Source: Eledone cirrhosa | Taxonomy: Eukaryota | Length of the DNA: 64,000 nt | Assembly: GCA_964016885.1 (NCBI GenBank) | Contig: OZ024742.1 | Span: 331,452,001 to 331,516,000 of the forward strand | Direction: 5' to 3' | Shown: positions 12,445-27,800 of the stretch, one piece after another | Layout of the letters: every line of letters begins with the position of its first letter | Numbering within the stretch: position 1 is the stretch's first letter | Notes under the pieces: model-generated | Told to the model about the DNA's origin: nothing | What the model saw: the letters and a program-made list of their open reading frames with translations, nothing else | Databases searched by the model: none | Made by a program: the position numbers and the translations under genes

Positions 12445-15400
12445 TGAACACTGAATATTGAATATTGAAGGTTATTTTTGCAGAAGAGAGGATTTAGTGG
12501 CAGTTGGGATGAACACTGAACACTGAATATTGAATATTGAAGGTTATTTTTGCAGAAAAGAGGATTTAGTGGCAGTTGGGGTGAACAATGAACACTGAAT
12601 ATTGAATGTTGAAGGTTATTTTTGCAGAAGAGAGGATTTAGTGGCAGTTGGGATGAACACTGAACACTGAACACTGAATATTGAAGGTTATTTTTGGCAG
12701 AAGAGAGGATTTAGTGGCAGTTGGGGTGAACACTAAACACTGAACACTGAATATTGAAGGTTATTTTTGCAGGAAATGATTTAGTGGCAGTTGGGGTGAA
12801 CACTGAACACTGAACACTGAACACTGAATATTGAAGGTTATTTTTGGCAGAAGAAAAATTTAGTGGCAGTTGGGGTGAACACTGAACATTGAATTTTGAA
12901 TATTGAAGGTTATTTTTGGCAGAAGAGAGGATTTAGTGGCAGTTGGGGTGAACACTGAACAGTGAACACTGAATATTGAAGGTTATTTTTGGCAGAAGAG
13001 AGGATTTAGTGGCAGTTGGGGTGAACACTGAACACTGAATATTGAATATTGAAGGTTATTTTTGCAGAAGAGAAGATTTAGTGGCAGTTGGGGTGAACAC
13101 TGACCAATGAATAGTGAAGGTTATTTTTGGCAGAAGAGAGGATTTAGTGGCAGTTGTGGTGAACACTGAACACTGAACAATGAATATTGAAGGTTATTTT
13201 TGGCAGAAGAGAGGATTTAGTGGCATTTGGGGTGAACACTGAACACTGAACACTGAATATTGAAGGTTATTTTTGGCAGAAGAGAGGATTTAGTGGCAGT
13301 TGGGGTGAACACTGAACAGTGAACACTGAATATTGAAGGTTATTTTTGGCAGAAGAGAGGATTTAGTGTCAGTTGGGGTGAACACTGAACACTGAATATT
13401 GAATATTGAAGGTTATATTTGCAGAAGAGAAGATTTAGTGGCAGTTGGGGTGAACACTGAACACTGAACATTGAAGGTTATTTTTGGCAGAAGAGAGGAT
13501 TTAGTGGCAGTTGGGGTGAACACTGAACACTGAATATTGAAGGTTATTTTTCCAGAAGAGAGGATTTAGTGGCCGTTGCGGTGAACACTGAACACTGAAT
13601 ATTGAATATTGAAGGATTTTTTTGCAGAAGAGTGGATTTAGCGGCTGTTGCGGTGAACACTGAACACTGAATATTGAATATTGAAGGTTATTTTTGCAGA
13701 AGAGAGGATTTAGTGGCAATTGGGGTGAACACTGAACACTGAATGTTGAAGGTTATTTTTGCAGAAGAGAGGATTTAGTGGCCGTTGCGGTGAACACTGA
13801 ACACTGAATATTGAATATTGAAGGTTATTTTTGCAGAAGAGAGGATTTAGTGGCAGTTGGGGTGAACACTGAACACTGAATATTGAATATTGAAGGTTAT
13901 TTTTGCAGAAGAGAGGATTTAGTGGCAGTTGGGGTGAACACTGAACACTGAATATTGAATATTGAAGGTTATTTTTGCAGAAGAGAGGATTTAGTGGCAG
14001 TTGGAGTGAACACTGAACACTGAATATTGAATATTGAAGGTTATTTTTGCAGAAGAGAGGATTTAGTGGCAGTTGGGGTGGACACTGAACACTGAATATT
14101 GAATATTGAAGGTTATTTTTGCAGAAGAGAGGATTAGTGGCAGTTGGGGTCAACACTGAACACTGAATATTGAATATTGAAGGTTATTTTTGCAGAAGAG
14201 AGGATTTAGTGGCTGTTGGGGTGAACACTGAACACTGAATATTGAATATTGAAGGTTATTTTTGTAGAAGAGAGGATTTAGTGGCAGTTGGGATGAACAC
14301 TGGACACTGAATATTGAATATTGAAGGTTATTTTTGCAGAAGAGAGGATTTAGAGGCAGTTGGGGTGAACACTGAACACTGAATATTGAAGGTTATTTTT
14401 GCAGAAGAGAGGATTTCGTGGCAGTTGGAGTGAACACTGAACACTGAATATTGAATATTGAAGGTTATTTTCTCAGAAGAGAGGATTTAGTGGCAGTTGG
14501 GGTGAACACTGAACACTGAATATTGAATATTGAAGGTTATTTTTGCAGAAGAGAGGATTTAGTGGCAGTTGGGGTGAACACTGAACACTGAATATTGAAT
14601 ATTGAAGGTTATTTTTGCAGAAGAGAGGATTTAGTGGCAGTTGGGGTTAACACTGAACACTGAATATTGAATATTGAAGGTTATTTTTGCAGAAGAGAGG
14701 ATTTAGTGGCAGTTGAGGTGAATACAGAACACTGAATATTGAATATTGAAGGTTATTTTTGCAGAAGAGAGGATTTAGTGGCAGTTGGGATGGATACTGA
14801 ACACTGAATATTGAATATTGAAGGTTATTTTTGCAGAAAAGAGGATTTAGTGGCAGTTGGGGTGAACAATGAACACTGAATATTGAATGTTGAAGGTTAT
14901 TTTTGCAGAAGAGAGGATTTAGTGGCAGTTGGGATGAACACTGAACACTGAACACTGAATATTGAAGGTTATTTTTGGCAGAAGAGAGGATTTAGTGGCA
15001 GTTGGAGTGAACACTAAACACTGAACACTGAATATTGAAGGTTATTTTTGCAGGAAATGATTTAGTGGCAGTTGGGGTGAACACTGAACACTGAACACTG
15101 AATATTGAAGGTTATTTTTGGCAGAAGAGAAGATTTAGTGGCAGTTGGGGTGAACACTGAACATTGAATTTTGAATATTGAAGGTTATTTTTGGCAGAAG
15201 AGAGGATTTAGTGGCAGTTGGGGTGAACACTGAACACTGAATATTGAATATTGAAGGTTATTTTTGCAGAAGAGAAGATTTAGTGGCAGTTGGGGTGAAC
15301 ACTGAACAATGAATAGTGAAGGTTATTTTTGGCAGAAGGGAGGATTTAGTGGCAGTTGTGGTGAACACTGAACACTGAACACTGAATATTGAAGGTTATT

Positions 15401-18400
15401 TTTGGCAGAAGAGAGGATTTAGTGGCATTTGGGGTGAACACTGAACACTGAACACTGAATATTGAAGGTTATTTTTGGCAGAAGAGAGGATTTAGTGGCA
15501 GTTGGGGTGAACACTGAACAGTGAACACTGAATATTGAAGGTTATTTTTGGCAGAAGAGAGGATTTAGTGTCAGTTGGGGTGAACACTGAACACCGAATA
15601 TTGAATATTGAAGGTTATATTTGCAGAAGAGAAGATTTAGTGGCAGTTGGGATGAACACTGAACACTGAATATTGAATATTGAAGGTTATTTTTGCAGAA
15701 GAGAGGATTTAGTGGCAGTTGGGATGAACACTGAACACTGAATATTGAATATTGAAGGTTATTTTTGCAGAAAAGAGGATTTAGTGGCAGTTGGGGTGAA
15801 CAATGAACACTGAATATTGAATGTTGAAGGTTATTTTTGCAGAAGAGAGGATTTAGTGGCAGTTGGGATGAACACTGAACACTGAACACTGAATATTGAA
15901 GGTTATTTTTGGCAGAAGAGAGGATTTAGTGGCAGTTGGGGTGAACACTAAACACTGAACACTGAATATTGAAGGTTATTTTTGCAGGAAATGATTTAGT
16001 GGCAGTTGGGGTGAACACTGAACACTGAACACTGAACACTGAATATTGAAGGTTATTTTTGGCAGAAGAAAAATTTAGTGGCAGTTGGGGTGAACACTGA
16101 ACATTGAATTTTGAATATTGAAGGTTATTTTTGGCAGAAGAGAGGATTTAGTGGCAGTTGGGGTGAACACTGAACAGTGAACACTGAATATTGAAGGTTA
16201 TTTTTGGCAGAAGAGAGGATTTAGTGGCAGTTGGGGTGAACACTGAACACTGAATATTGAATATTGAAGGTTATTTTTGCAGAAGAGAAGATTTAGTGGC
16301 AGTTGGGGTGAACACTGAACAATGAATAGTGAAGGTTATTTTTGGCAGAAGAGAGGATTTAGTGGCAGTTGTGGTGAACACTGAACACTGAACAATGAAT
16401 ATTGAAGGTTATTTTTGGCAGAAGAGAGGATTTAGTGGCATTTGGGGTGAACACTGAACACTGAACACTGAATATTGAAGGTTATTTTTGGCAGAAGAGA
16501 GGATTTAGTGGCAGTTGGGGTGAACACTGAACAGTGAACACTGAATATTGAAGGTTATTTTTGGCAGAAGAGAGGATTTAGTGTCAGTTGGGGTGAACAC
16601 TGAACACTGAATATTGAATATTGAAGGTTATATTTGCAGAAGAGAAGATTTAGTGGCAGTTGGGGTGAACACTGAACACTGAACATTGAAGGTTATTTTT
16701 GGCAGAAGAGAGGATTTAGTGGCAGTTGGGGTGAACACTGAACACTGAATATTGAAGGTTATTTTTCCAGAAGAGAGGATTTAGTGGCCGTTGCGGTGAA
16801 CACTGAACACTGAATATTGAATATTGAAGGATTTTTTTGCAGAAGAGTGGATTTAGCGGCTGTTGCGGTGAACACTGAACACTGAATATTGAATATTGAA
16901 GGTTATTTTTGCAGAAGAGAGGATTTAGTGGCAATTGGGGTGAACACTGAACACTGAATGTTGAAGGTTATTTTTGCAGAAGAGAGGATTTAGTGGCCGT
17001 TGCGGTGAACACTGAACACTGAATATTGAATATTGAAGGTTATTTTTGCAGAAGAGAGGATTTAGTGGCAGTTGGGGTGAACACTGAACACTGAATATTG
17101 AATATTGAAGGTTATTTTTGCAGAAGAGAGGATTTAGTGGCAGTTGGGGTGAACACTGAACACTGAATATTGAATATTGAAGGTTATTTTTGCAGAAGAG
17201 AGGATTTAGTGGCAGTTGGAGTGAACACTGAACACTGAATATTGAATATTGAAGGTTATTTTTGCAGAAGAGAGGATTTAGTGGCAGTTGGGGTGGACAC
17301 TGAACACTGAATATTGAATATTGAAGGTTATTTTTGCAGAAGAGAGGATTAGTGGCAGTTGGGGTCAACACTGAACACTGAATATTGAATATTGAAGGTT
17401 ATTTTTGCAGAAGAGAGGATTTAGTGGCTGTTGGGGTGAACACTGAACACTGAATATTGAATATTGAAGGTTATTTTTGTAGAAGAGAGGATTTAGTGGC
17501 AGTTGGGATGAACACTGGACACTGAATATTGAATATTGAAGGTTATTTTTGCAGAAGAGAGGATTTAGAGGCAGTTGGGGTGAACACTGAACACTGAATA
17601 TTGAAGGTTATTTTTGCAGAAGAGAGGATTTCGTGGCAGTTGGAGTGAACACTGAACACTGAATATTGAATATTGAAGGTTATTTTCTCAGAAGAGAGGA
17701 TTTAGTGGCAGTTGGGGTGAACACTGAACACTGAATATTGAATATTGAAGGTTATTTTTGCAGAAGAGAGGATTTAGTGGCAGTTGGGGTGAACACTGAA
17801 CACTGAATATTGAATATTGAAGGTTATTTTTGCAGAAGAGAGGATTTAGTGGCAGTTGGGGTTAACACTGAACACTGAATATTGAATATTGAAGGTTATT
17901 TTTGCAGAAGAGAGGATTTAGTGGCAGTTGAGGTGAATACAGAACACTGAATATTGAATATTGAAGGTTATTTTTGCAGAAGAGAGGATTTAGTGGCAGT
18001 TGGGATGGATACTGAACACTGAATATTGAATATTGAAGGTTATTTTTGCAGAAAAGAGGATTTAGTGGCAGTTGGGGTGAACAATGAACACTGAATATTG
18101 AATGTTGAAGGTTATTTTTGCAGAAGAGAGGATTTAGTGGCAGTTGGGATGAACACTGAACACTGAACACTGAATATTGAAGGTTATTTTTGGCAGAAGA
18201 GAGGATTTAGTGGCAGTTGGAGTGAACACTAAACACTGAACACTGAATATTGAAGGTTATTTTTGCAGGAAATGATTTAGTGGCAGTTGGGGTGAACACT
18301 GAACACTGAACACTGAATATTGAAGGTTATTTTTGGCAGAAGAGAAGATTTAGTGGCAGTTGGGGTGAACACTGAACATTGAATTTTGAATATTGAAGGT

Positions 18401-18865
18401 TATTTTTGGCAGAAGAGAGGATTTAGTGGCAGTTGGGGTGAACACTGAACACTGAATATTGAATATTGAAGGTTATTTTTGCAGAAGAGAAGATTTAGTG
18501 GCAGTTGGGGTGAACACTGAACAATGAATAGTGAAGGTTATTTTTGGCAGAAGGGAGGATTTAGTGGCAGTTGTGGTGAACACTGAACACTGAACACTGA
18601 ATATTGAAGGTTATTTTTGGCAGAAGAGAGGATTTAGTGGCATTTGGGGTGAACACTGAACACTGAACACTGAATATTGAAGGTTATTTTTGGCAGAAGA
18701 GAGGATTTAGTGGCAGTTGGGGTGAACACTGAACAGTGAACACTGAATATTGAAGGTTATTTTTGGCAGAAGAGAGGATTTAGTGTCAGTTGGGGTGAAC
18801 ACTGAACACCGAATATTGAATATTGAAGGTTATATTTGCAGAAGAGAAGATTTAGTGGCAGTTGG
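12445..18865 (+). repeat. Tandem duplication of a 3215-bp higher-order block (about 12445-15655 and 15660-18865)
   Basis: ORF pairs 13501/16716, 13710/16925 and 14647/17862 are all offset by 3215. Private variants GGCAGAAGAAAAATT (12846/16061) and TAGTGTCAG...AACACCGAA (15566/18781) share the same offset. Confidence 0.92.
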
Positions 18866-21800
18866 GGTGAACACTGAACACTGAACATTGAAGGTTATTT
18901 TTGGCAGAAGAGAGGATTTAGTGGCAGTTGGGGTGAACACTGAACACTGAATATTGAAGGTTATTTTGTCAGAAGAGAGGATTTAGTGGCCGTTGCGGTG
19001 AACACTGAACACTGAATATTGAATATTGAAGGATTTTTTTGCAGAAGAGAGGATTTAGCGGCTGTTGCGGTGAACACTGACACTGAATATTGAATATTGA
19101 AGGTTATTTTTGCAGAAGAGAGGATTTAGTGGCAATTCGGGTGAACACTGAACACTGAATGTTGAAGGTTATTTTTGCAGAAGAGAGGATTTAGTGGCCG
19201 GTAGCGGTGAACACTGAACACTGAATATTGAATATTGAAGGTTATCTTTGCAGAAGAGAGGATTTAGTGGCAGTTGGGGTGAACACTGAACACTGAATAT
19301 TGAATATTGAAGGTTATTTTTGCAGAAGAGAGGATTAGTGGCAGTTGGGGTCAACACTGAACACTGAATATTGAATATTGAAGGTTATTTTTGCAGAAGA
19401 GAGGATTTAGTGGCTGTTGGGGTGAACACTGAACACTGAATATTGAATATTGAAGGTTATTTTTGTAGAAGAGAGGATTTAGTGGCAGTTGGGATGAACA
19501 CTGAACATTGAATATTGAATATTGAAGGTTATTTTTGGAGAAGAGAGGATTTAGAGGCAGTTGGGGTGAACACTGAACACTGAATATTGAAGGTTATTTT
19601 TGGCAGAAGAGAGGCTTTAGTGGCAGTTGGGGTGAACACTGAACACTGAACACTGAACACTGAATATTGAAGGTTATTTTTGGCAGAAGAGAGGATTTAG
19701 TGGCAGTTGGGGTGAACACTAAACACTGAACACTGAATATTGAAGGTTATTTTTGCAGAGGAGAGGATTTAGTGGCAGTTGGGGTGAACACTGAACACTG
19801 AACACTGAATATTGAAGGTTATTTTTGGCAGAAGACAAGATTTAGTGGCAGTTGGGGTGAACAGTGAACATTGAATTTTGAATATTGAAGGTTATTTTTG
19901 GCAGAAGAGAGGATTTAGTGGCAGTTGGGGTGAACACTGAACACTGAACACTGAACACTGAATATTGAAGGTTATTTTTGGCAGAAGAGAGGATTTAGTG
20001 GTAGTTGGGGTGAACACTGAACACTGAACATTGAATATTGAAGGTTATTTTTGCAGAAGAGAAGATTTAGTGGCAGTTGGGGTGAACATTGAACACTGAA
20101 TATTGAAGGTTATTTTTGGCAGAAGAGTGGATTTACTGGCAGTTGGCGTGAACACTGAACACTGAACACTGAATATTGAAGGTTATTTTTGGCAGAAGAG
20201 AGGATTTAGTGGCATTTGGGGTGAACACTGAACACTGAACACTGAATATTGAAGGTTATTTTTGGCAGAAGAGAGGATTTAGTGGCAGTTGGGGTGAACA
20301 CTGAACACTGAACACTCAATATTGAAGATTATTTTTGTCAGAAGAGAGGATTTAGTGGCAGTTGGGGTGAACACTGAATATTGAAGGTTATCTTTGGCAG
20401 AAGAGAGGATTTAGTGGCAGTTGGGGTGAACACTGAACACTGAATATTGAAGGTTATTTTTGGCAGAAGAGAGGATTTAGTGGCAGTTGGGGTGAACACT
20501 GAATATTGAAGGTTATCTTTGGCAGAAGAGAGGATTTAGTGGCAGTTGGGATGAACACTGAATATTGAATATTGAAGTTTATTTTTGCAGAAGAGAGGAT
20601 TTAGTGACAGTTGGGGTGAACACTGAACACTGAATATTGAATATTGAAGGTTATTTTTGCAGAAGAGAGGATTTAGTGGCAGTTGGGGTGAACACTGAAC
20701 ACTGAATATTGAATATTGAAGGTTATTTTTGCAGAAGAGAGGATTTAGTGGCAGTTGGGGTGAACAATGAACACTGAACACTGAATATTGAAGGTTATTT
20801 TTGCAGAAGAGAGGATTTAGTGGCAGTTGGGGTGAACACTGAACACTGAATATTGAATATTGAAGGTTATTTTTGCAGAAGAGAGGATTTAGTGGCAGTT
20901 GGGGTGAACACTGAACACTGAATATTGAAGGTTATTTTTGCAGAAGAGAGGATTTAGTGGCAGTTGGGGTGAACACTGAACACTGATCACTGAATATTGA
21001 AGGTTATTTTTGGCAGACGAGAGGATTTAGTGGCAGTTGGGGTGAACACTGAACACTGAATATTGAATATTGAAGGTTATTTTTGCAGAAGAGAGGATTT
21101 AGTGGCAGTTGGGGTGAACACTGAACACTGAATATTGAATATTGAAGGTTATCTTTGCAGAAGAGAGGATTTAGTGGCAGTTGGGGTGAACACTGATCAC
21201 TGAATATTGAATATTGAGGGTTATTTTTGCAGAAGAGAGGATTTAGTGGCAGTTGGGGTGAACACTGAACACTGAATATTGAATATTGAAGGTTATTTTT
21301 GCATAAGAGAGGATTTAGTGGCAGTTGGGTGAACACTGAACGCTCAATATTGAAGGTTATTTTTGCAGTAGAGAGGATTTAGTGGCCGTTGCGGTGAACA
21401 CTGAACACTGAATATTGAATATTGAAGGTTATTTTTGCAGAAGAGAGGATTTAGTGGCAGTTGGGGTGAACACTGAACACTGAATATTGAATATTGAAGG
21501 TTATTTTTGCAGAAGAGAGGATTAGTGGCAGTTCGGGTTAACACTGAACACTGAATATTGAATATTGAAGGTTATTTTTGCAGAAGAGAGGATTTAGTGG
21601 CTGTTGGGGTGAACACTGAACACTGAATATTGAATATTGAAGGTTATTTTTGCAGAAGAGGGGATTTAGTGGCAGTTGGGATGAACACTGAACACTGAAT
21701 ATTGAATATTGAAGGTTATTTTTGCAGAAGAGAGGATTTAGTGGCAGTTGGGGTGACCACTGAACACTGAATATTGAAGGTTATTTTTGGCAGAAGAGAG

Positions 21801-24800
21801 GATTTAGTGGCAGTTGGGGTGAACACTGAACACTGAACACTGAACACTGAATATTGAAGGTTATTTTTGGCAGAAGAGAGGATTTAGTGGCAGTTGGGGT
21901 GAACACTAAACACTGAACACTGAATATTGAATGTTATTTTTGCAGAGGAGAGGATTTAGTGGCAGTTGGGGTGAACACTGAACACTGAACACTGAATATT
22001 GAAGGTTATTTTTGGCAGAAGACAAGATTTAGTGGCAGTTGGGGTGAACAGTGAACATTGAATTTTGAATATTGAAGGTTATTTTTGCAGAAGAGAAGAT
22101 TTAGTGGCAGTTGGGGTGAACACTGAACACTGAATATTGAAGGTTATTTTTGGCAGAAGAGTGGATTTAGTGGCAGTTGGGGTGAACACTGAACACTGAA
22201 CACTGAATATTGAAGGTTATTTTTGGCAGAAGAGAGGATTTAGTGGCATTTGGGGTGAACACTGAACACTGAACACTGAACACTGAATATTGAAGGTTAT
22301 TTTTGGCAGAAGAGAGGATTTAGTGGCAGTTGGGGTGAACACTGAACACTGAACACTCAACATTGAAGATTATTTTTGTCAGAAGAGAGGATTTAGTGGC
22401 AGTTGGGGTGAACACTGAACACTGATACCTGAATATTGAAGGTTATTTTTGGCAGAAGAGAGGATTTAGTGGCAGTTGGGGTGAACACTGAATATTGAAG
22501 GTTATCTTTGGCAGAAGAGAGGATTTAGTGGCAGTTGGGGTGAACACTGAACACTGAATATTGAAGGTTATTTTTGGCAGAAGAGAGGATTTAGTGGCAG
22601 TTGGGGTGAACACTGAATATTGAAGGTTATCTTTGGCAAAAGAGAGGATTTAGTGGCAGTTGGGGTGAACACTGAATATTGAATATTGAAGTTTATTTTT
22701 GCAGGAGAGAGGATTTAGTGACAGTTGGGGTGAACACTGAACACTGAATATTGAATATTGAAGGTTATTTTTGCAGAAGAGAGGATTTAGTGGCAGTTGG
22801 GGTGAACACTGAACACTGAATATTGAATATTGAAGGTTATTTTTGCAGAAGAGAGGATTTAGTGGCAGTTGGGGTGAACACTGAACACTGAATATTGAAT
22901 ATTGAAGGTTATTTTTGCAGAAGAGAGGATTTAGTGGCAGTTGGGGTGAACAATGAACACTGAACACTGAATATTGAAGGTTATTTTTGCAGAAGAGAGG
23001 ATTTAGTGGCAGTTGGGGTGAACACTGAACACTGAATATTGAATATTGAAGGTTATTTTTGGCAGAAGAGAGGATTTAGTGGCAGTTGGGGTGAACACTG
23101 AACACTGAATATTGAAGGTTATTTTTGCAGTAGAGAGGATTTAGTGGCCGTTGCGGTGAACACTGAACACTGAATATTGAATATTGAAGGTTATTTTTGC
23201 AGAAGAGAGGATTTAGTGGCAGTTGGGGTGAAAACTGAACACTGAATATTGAATATTGAAGGTTATGTTTGCAGAAGAGAGGATTAGTGGCAGTTGGGGT
23301 TAACACTGAACACTGAATATTGAATATTGAAGGTTATTTTTGCAGAAGAGAGGATTTAGTGGCTGTTGGGGTGAACACTGAACACTGAATATTGAATATT
23401 GAAGGTTATTTTTGCAGAAGAGGGGATTTAGTGGCAGTTGGGATGAACACTGAACACTGAATATTTAATATTGAAGGTTATTTTTGCAGAAGAGAGGATT
23501 TAGTGGCAGTTGGGGTGAACACTGAACACTGAATATTGAAGGTTATTTTTGGCAGAAGAGAGGATTTAGTGGCAGTTGGGGTGAACACTGAACACTGAAC
23601 ACTGAACACTGAATATTGAAGGTTATTTTTGGCAGAAGAGAGGATTTAGTGGCAGTTGGGGTGAACACTAAACACTGAACACTGAATATTGAAGGTTATT
23701 TTTGCAGAGGAGAGGATTTAGTGGCAGTTGGGGTGAACACTGAACACTGAACACTGAATATTGAAGGTTATTTTTGGCAGAAGAGAGGATTTAGTGGCAG
23801 TTGGGGTGAACACTGAATATTGAAGGTTATCTTTGGCAGAAGAGAGGATTTAGTGGCAGTTGGGGTGAACACTGAACACTGAATATTGAAGGTTATCTTT
23901 GGCAAAAGAGAGGATTTAGTGGCAGTTGGGGTGAACACTGAATATTGAATATTGAAGTTTATTTTTGCAGGAGAGAGGATTTAGTGACAGTTGGGGTGAA
24001 CACTGAACACTGAATATTGAATATTGAAGGTTATTTTTGCAGAAGAGAGGATTTAGTGGCAGTTGGGGTGAACACTGAACACTGAATATTGAATATTGAA
24101 GGTTATTTTTGCAGAAGAGAGGATTTAGTGGCAGTTGGGGTGAACACTGAACACTGAATATTGAATATTGAAGGTTATTTTTGCAGAAGAGAGGATTTAG
24201 TGGCAGTTGGGGTGAACAATGAACACTGAACACTGAATATTGAAGGTTATTTTTGCAGAAGAGAGGATTTAGTGGCAGTTGGGGTGAACACTGAACACTG
24301 AATATTGAATATTGAAGGTTATTTTTGGCAGAAGAGAGGATTTAGTGGCAGTTGGGGTGAACACTGAACACTGAATATTAAAGGTTATTTTTGCAGAAGA
24401 GAGGATTTAGTGGCAGTTGGGGTGAACACTGAACACTGATCACTGAATATTGAAGGTTATTTTTGGCAGACGAGAGGATTTAGTGGCAGTTGGGGTGAAC
24501 ACTGAACACTGAATATTGAATATTGAAGGATATATTTGCAGAAGAGAGGATTTAGTGGCAGTTGGGGTGAACACTGAATATTGAAGGTTATCTTTGGCAG
24601 AAGAGAGGATTTAGTGGCAGTTGGGGTGAACATTGAATATTGAATATTGAAGTTTATTTTTGCAGAAGAGAGGATTTAGTGACAGTTGGGGTGAACACTG
24701 AACACTGAATATTGAATATTGAAGGTTATTTTTGCAGAAGAGAGGATTTAGTGGCAGTTGGGGTGAACACTGAACACTGAATATTGAATATTGAAGGTTA

Positions 24801-27800
24801 TTTTTGCAGAAGAGAGGATTTAGTGGCAGTTGGGGTGAACACTGAACAATGAATATTGAATATTGAAGGTTATTTTTGCAGAAGAGAGGATTTAGTGGCA
24901 GTTGGGGTGAACACTGAACACTGAACACTGAATATTGAAGGTTATTGTTGCAGAAGAGAGGATTTAGTGGCAGTTGGGGTGAACACTGAACACTGAATAT
25001 TGAATATTGAAGGTTATTTTTGGCAGAAGAGAGGATTTAGTGGCAGTTGGGGTGAACACTGAACACTGAATATTGAAGGTTATTTTTGCAGAAGAGAGGA
25101 TTTAGTGGCAGTTGGGGTGAACACTGAACACTGAATATTGAATATTGAAGGTTATTTTTGCATAAGAGAGGATTTAGTGGCAGTTGGGTGAACACTGAAC
25201 GCTGAACACTGAATATTGAAGGTTCTTTTTGCAGAAGAGAGGATTTAGTGGCAGTTGGGGTGAACACTGAACACTGAATATTGAAGGTTATTTTTGCAGA
25301 AGAGAGGATTTAGTGGCCGTTGCGGTGAACACTGAACACTGAATATTGAATATTGAAGGTTATTTTTGCATAAGAGAGGATTTAGTGGCAGTTGGGTGAA
25401 CACTGAACGCTGAACACTGAATATTGAAGGTTCTTTTTGCAGAAGAGAGGATTTAGTGGCATTTGGGGTGAACACTGAACACTGAACACTGAACACTGAA
25501 TATTGAAGGTTATTTTTGGCAGAAGAGAGGATTTAGTGGCAGTTGGGGTGAACACTGAACACTGAACACTCAACATTGAAGATTATTTTTGTCAGAAGAG
25601 AGGATTTAGTGGCAGTTGGGGTGAACACTGAACACTGATACCTGAATATTGAAGGTTATTTTTGGCAGAAGAGAGGATTTAGTGGCAGTTGGGGTGAACA
25701 CTGAATATTGAAGGTTATATTTGGCAGAAGAGAGGATTTAGTGGCAGTTGGGGTGAAGACTGAACACTGAATATTGAAGGTTATTTTTGGCAGAAGAGAG
25801 GATTTAGTGGCAGTTGGGGTGAACACTGAATATTGAAGGTTATCTTTGGCAGAAGAGAGGATTTAGTGGCAGTTGGGGTGAACACTGAATATTGAATATT
25901 GAAGTTTATTTTTGCAGAAGAGAGGATTTAGTGACAGTTGGGGTGAACACTGAACACTGAATATTGAATATTGAAGGTTATTTTTGCAGAAGAGAGGATT
26001 TAGTGGCAGTTGGGGTGAACACTGAACACTGAATATTGAATATTGAAGGTTATTTTTGCAGAAGAGAGGATTTAGTGGCAGTTGGGGTGAACACTGAACA
26101 CTGAATATTGAATATTGAAGGTTATTTTTGCAGAAGAGAGGATTTAGTGGCAGTTGGGGTGAACAATGAACACTGAACATGGAATATTGAAGGTTATTTT
26201 TGCAGAAGAGAGGATTTAGTGGCAGTTGGGGTGAACACTGAACACTGAATATTGAATATTGAAGGTTATTTTTGCAGAAGAGAGGATTTAGTGGCAGTTG
26301 GGGTGAACACTGAACACTGATCACTGAATATTGAAGGTTATTTTTGGCAGACGAGAGGATTTAGTGGCAGTTGGGGTGAACACTGAACACTGAATATTGA
26401 ATATTGAAGGATATCTTTGCAGAAGAGAGGATTTAGTGGCAGTTGGGGTGAACACTGAATATTGAAGGTTATCTTTGGCAGAAGAGAGGATTTAGTGGCA
26501 GTTGGGGTGAACACTGAATATTGAATATTGAAGTTTATTTTTGCAGAAGAGAGGATTTAGTGACAGTTGGGGTGAACACTGAACACTGAATATTGAATAT
26601 TGAAGGTTATTTTTGCAGAAGAGAGGATTTAGTGGCAGTTGGGGTGAACACTGAACACTGAATATTGAATATTGAAGGTTATTTTTGCAGAAGAGAGGAT
26701 TTAGTGGCAGTTGGGGTGAACACTGAACACTGAATATTGAATATTGAAGGTTATTTTTGCAGAAGAGAGGATTTAGTGGCAGTTGGGGTGAACACTGAAC
26801 ACTGAACACTGAATATTGAAGGTTATTTTGGCAGAAGAGAGGATTTAGTGGCAGTTGGGGTGAACACTGAACACTGAATATTGAATATTGAAGGTTATTT
26901 TTGGCAGAAGAGAGGATTTAGTGGCAGTTGGGGTGAACACTGAACACTGAATATTGAAGATTATTTTTGCAGAAGAGAGGATTTAGTGGCAGTTGGGGTG
27001 AACACTGAACACTGAATATTGAATATTGAAGATTATTTTTGCATAAGAGAGGATTTAGTGGCAGTTGGGTGAACACTGAACGCTGAACACTGAATATTGA
27101 AGGTTCTTTTTGCAGAAGAGAGGATTTAGTGGCAGTTGGGGTGAACACTGAACACTGAATATTGAAGGTTATTTTTGCAGAAGAGAGGCTTTAGTGGCCG
27201 TTGCGGTGAACACTGAACACTGAATATTGAATATTGAAGGTTATTTTTGCAGAAGAGAGGATTTAGTGGCAGATGGGGTGAACACTGAACACTGAATATT
27301 GAAGGTTATTTTTGGCAGAAGAGAGGCTTTAGTGGCAGTTGGGGTGAACAGTGAACACTGAACAGTGAACACTGAATATTGAAGGTTATTTTTGGCAGAA
27401 GAGAGGATTTAGTGGCAGTTGGGGTGAACACTAAACACTGAACACTGAATATTGAAGGTTATTTTTGCAGAGGAGAGGATTTAGTGGCAGTTGGGGTGAA
27501 CACTGAACACTGAACACTGAATATTGAAGGTTATTTCTGGCAGAAGACAAGATTTAGTGGCAGTTGGGGTGAACAGTGAACATTGAATTTTGAATATTGA
27601 AGGTTATTTTTGGCAGAAGAGAGGATTTAGTGGCTGTTGGGGTGAACACTGAACAGTGAACACTGAACACTGAATATTGAAGGTTATTTTTGGCAGAAGA
27701 GAGGATTTAGTGGCAGTTGGGGTGAACACTGAACACTGAACACTGAACACTGAATATTGAAGGTTATTTTTGGCAGAAGAGAGGATTTAGTGGCAGTTGG

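Larger units (their letters stand above)
4000..19500 (+). repeat. Satellite domain 2: subfamily marked by GCAGGAAATGATTTAG, TTTCGTGG...GGAGTG, GAATAGTGAA/TTGTGGTG and GAAAAGAGG
   Basis: GCAGGAAATGAT seen 10 times (about 6009, 7214, 8075, 9692, 10625, 11909, 12769, 15050, 15984, 18265) and not outside 6-18.3 kb. TTTCGTGG seen at 5518, 6578, 9129, 11346, 14414 and 17629 only. Confidence 0.8.

Noticed and set aside
20316-20325. Short palindromes (TCAATATTGA; also AATATT, TGATCA, GTTAAC, CAATTG)
   Set aside because: They are 6-10 bp and arise from single substitutions or are expected in AT-rich heptamers. Too short to support cruciforms or terminators, and useful only as restriction markers.
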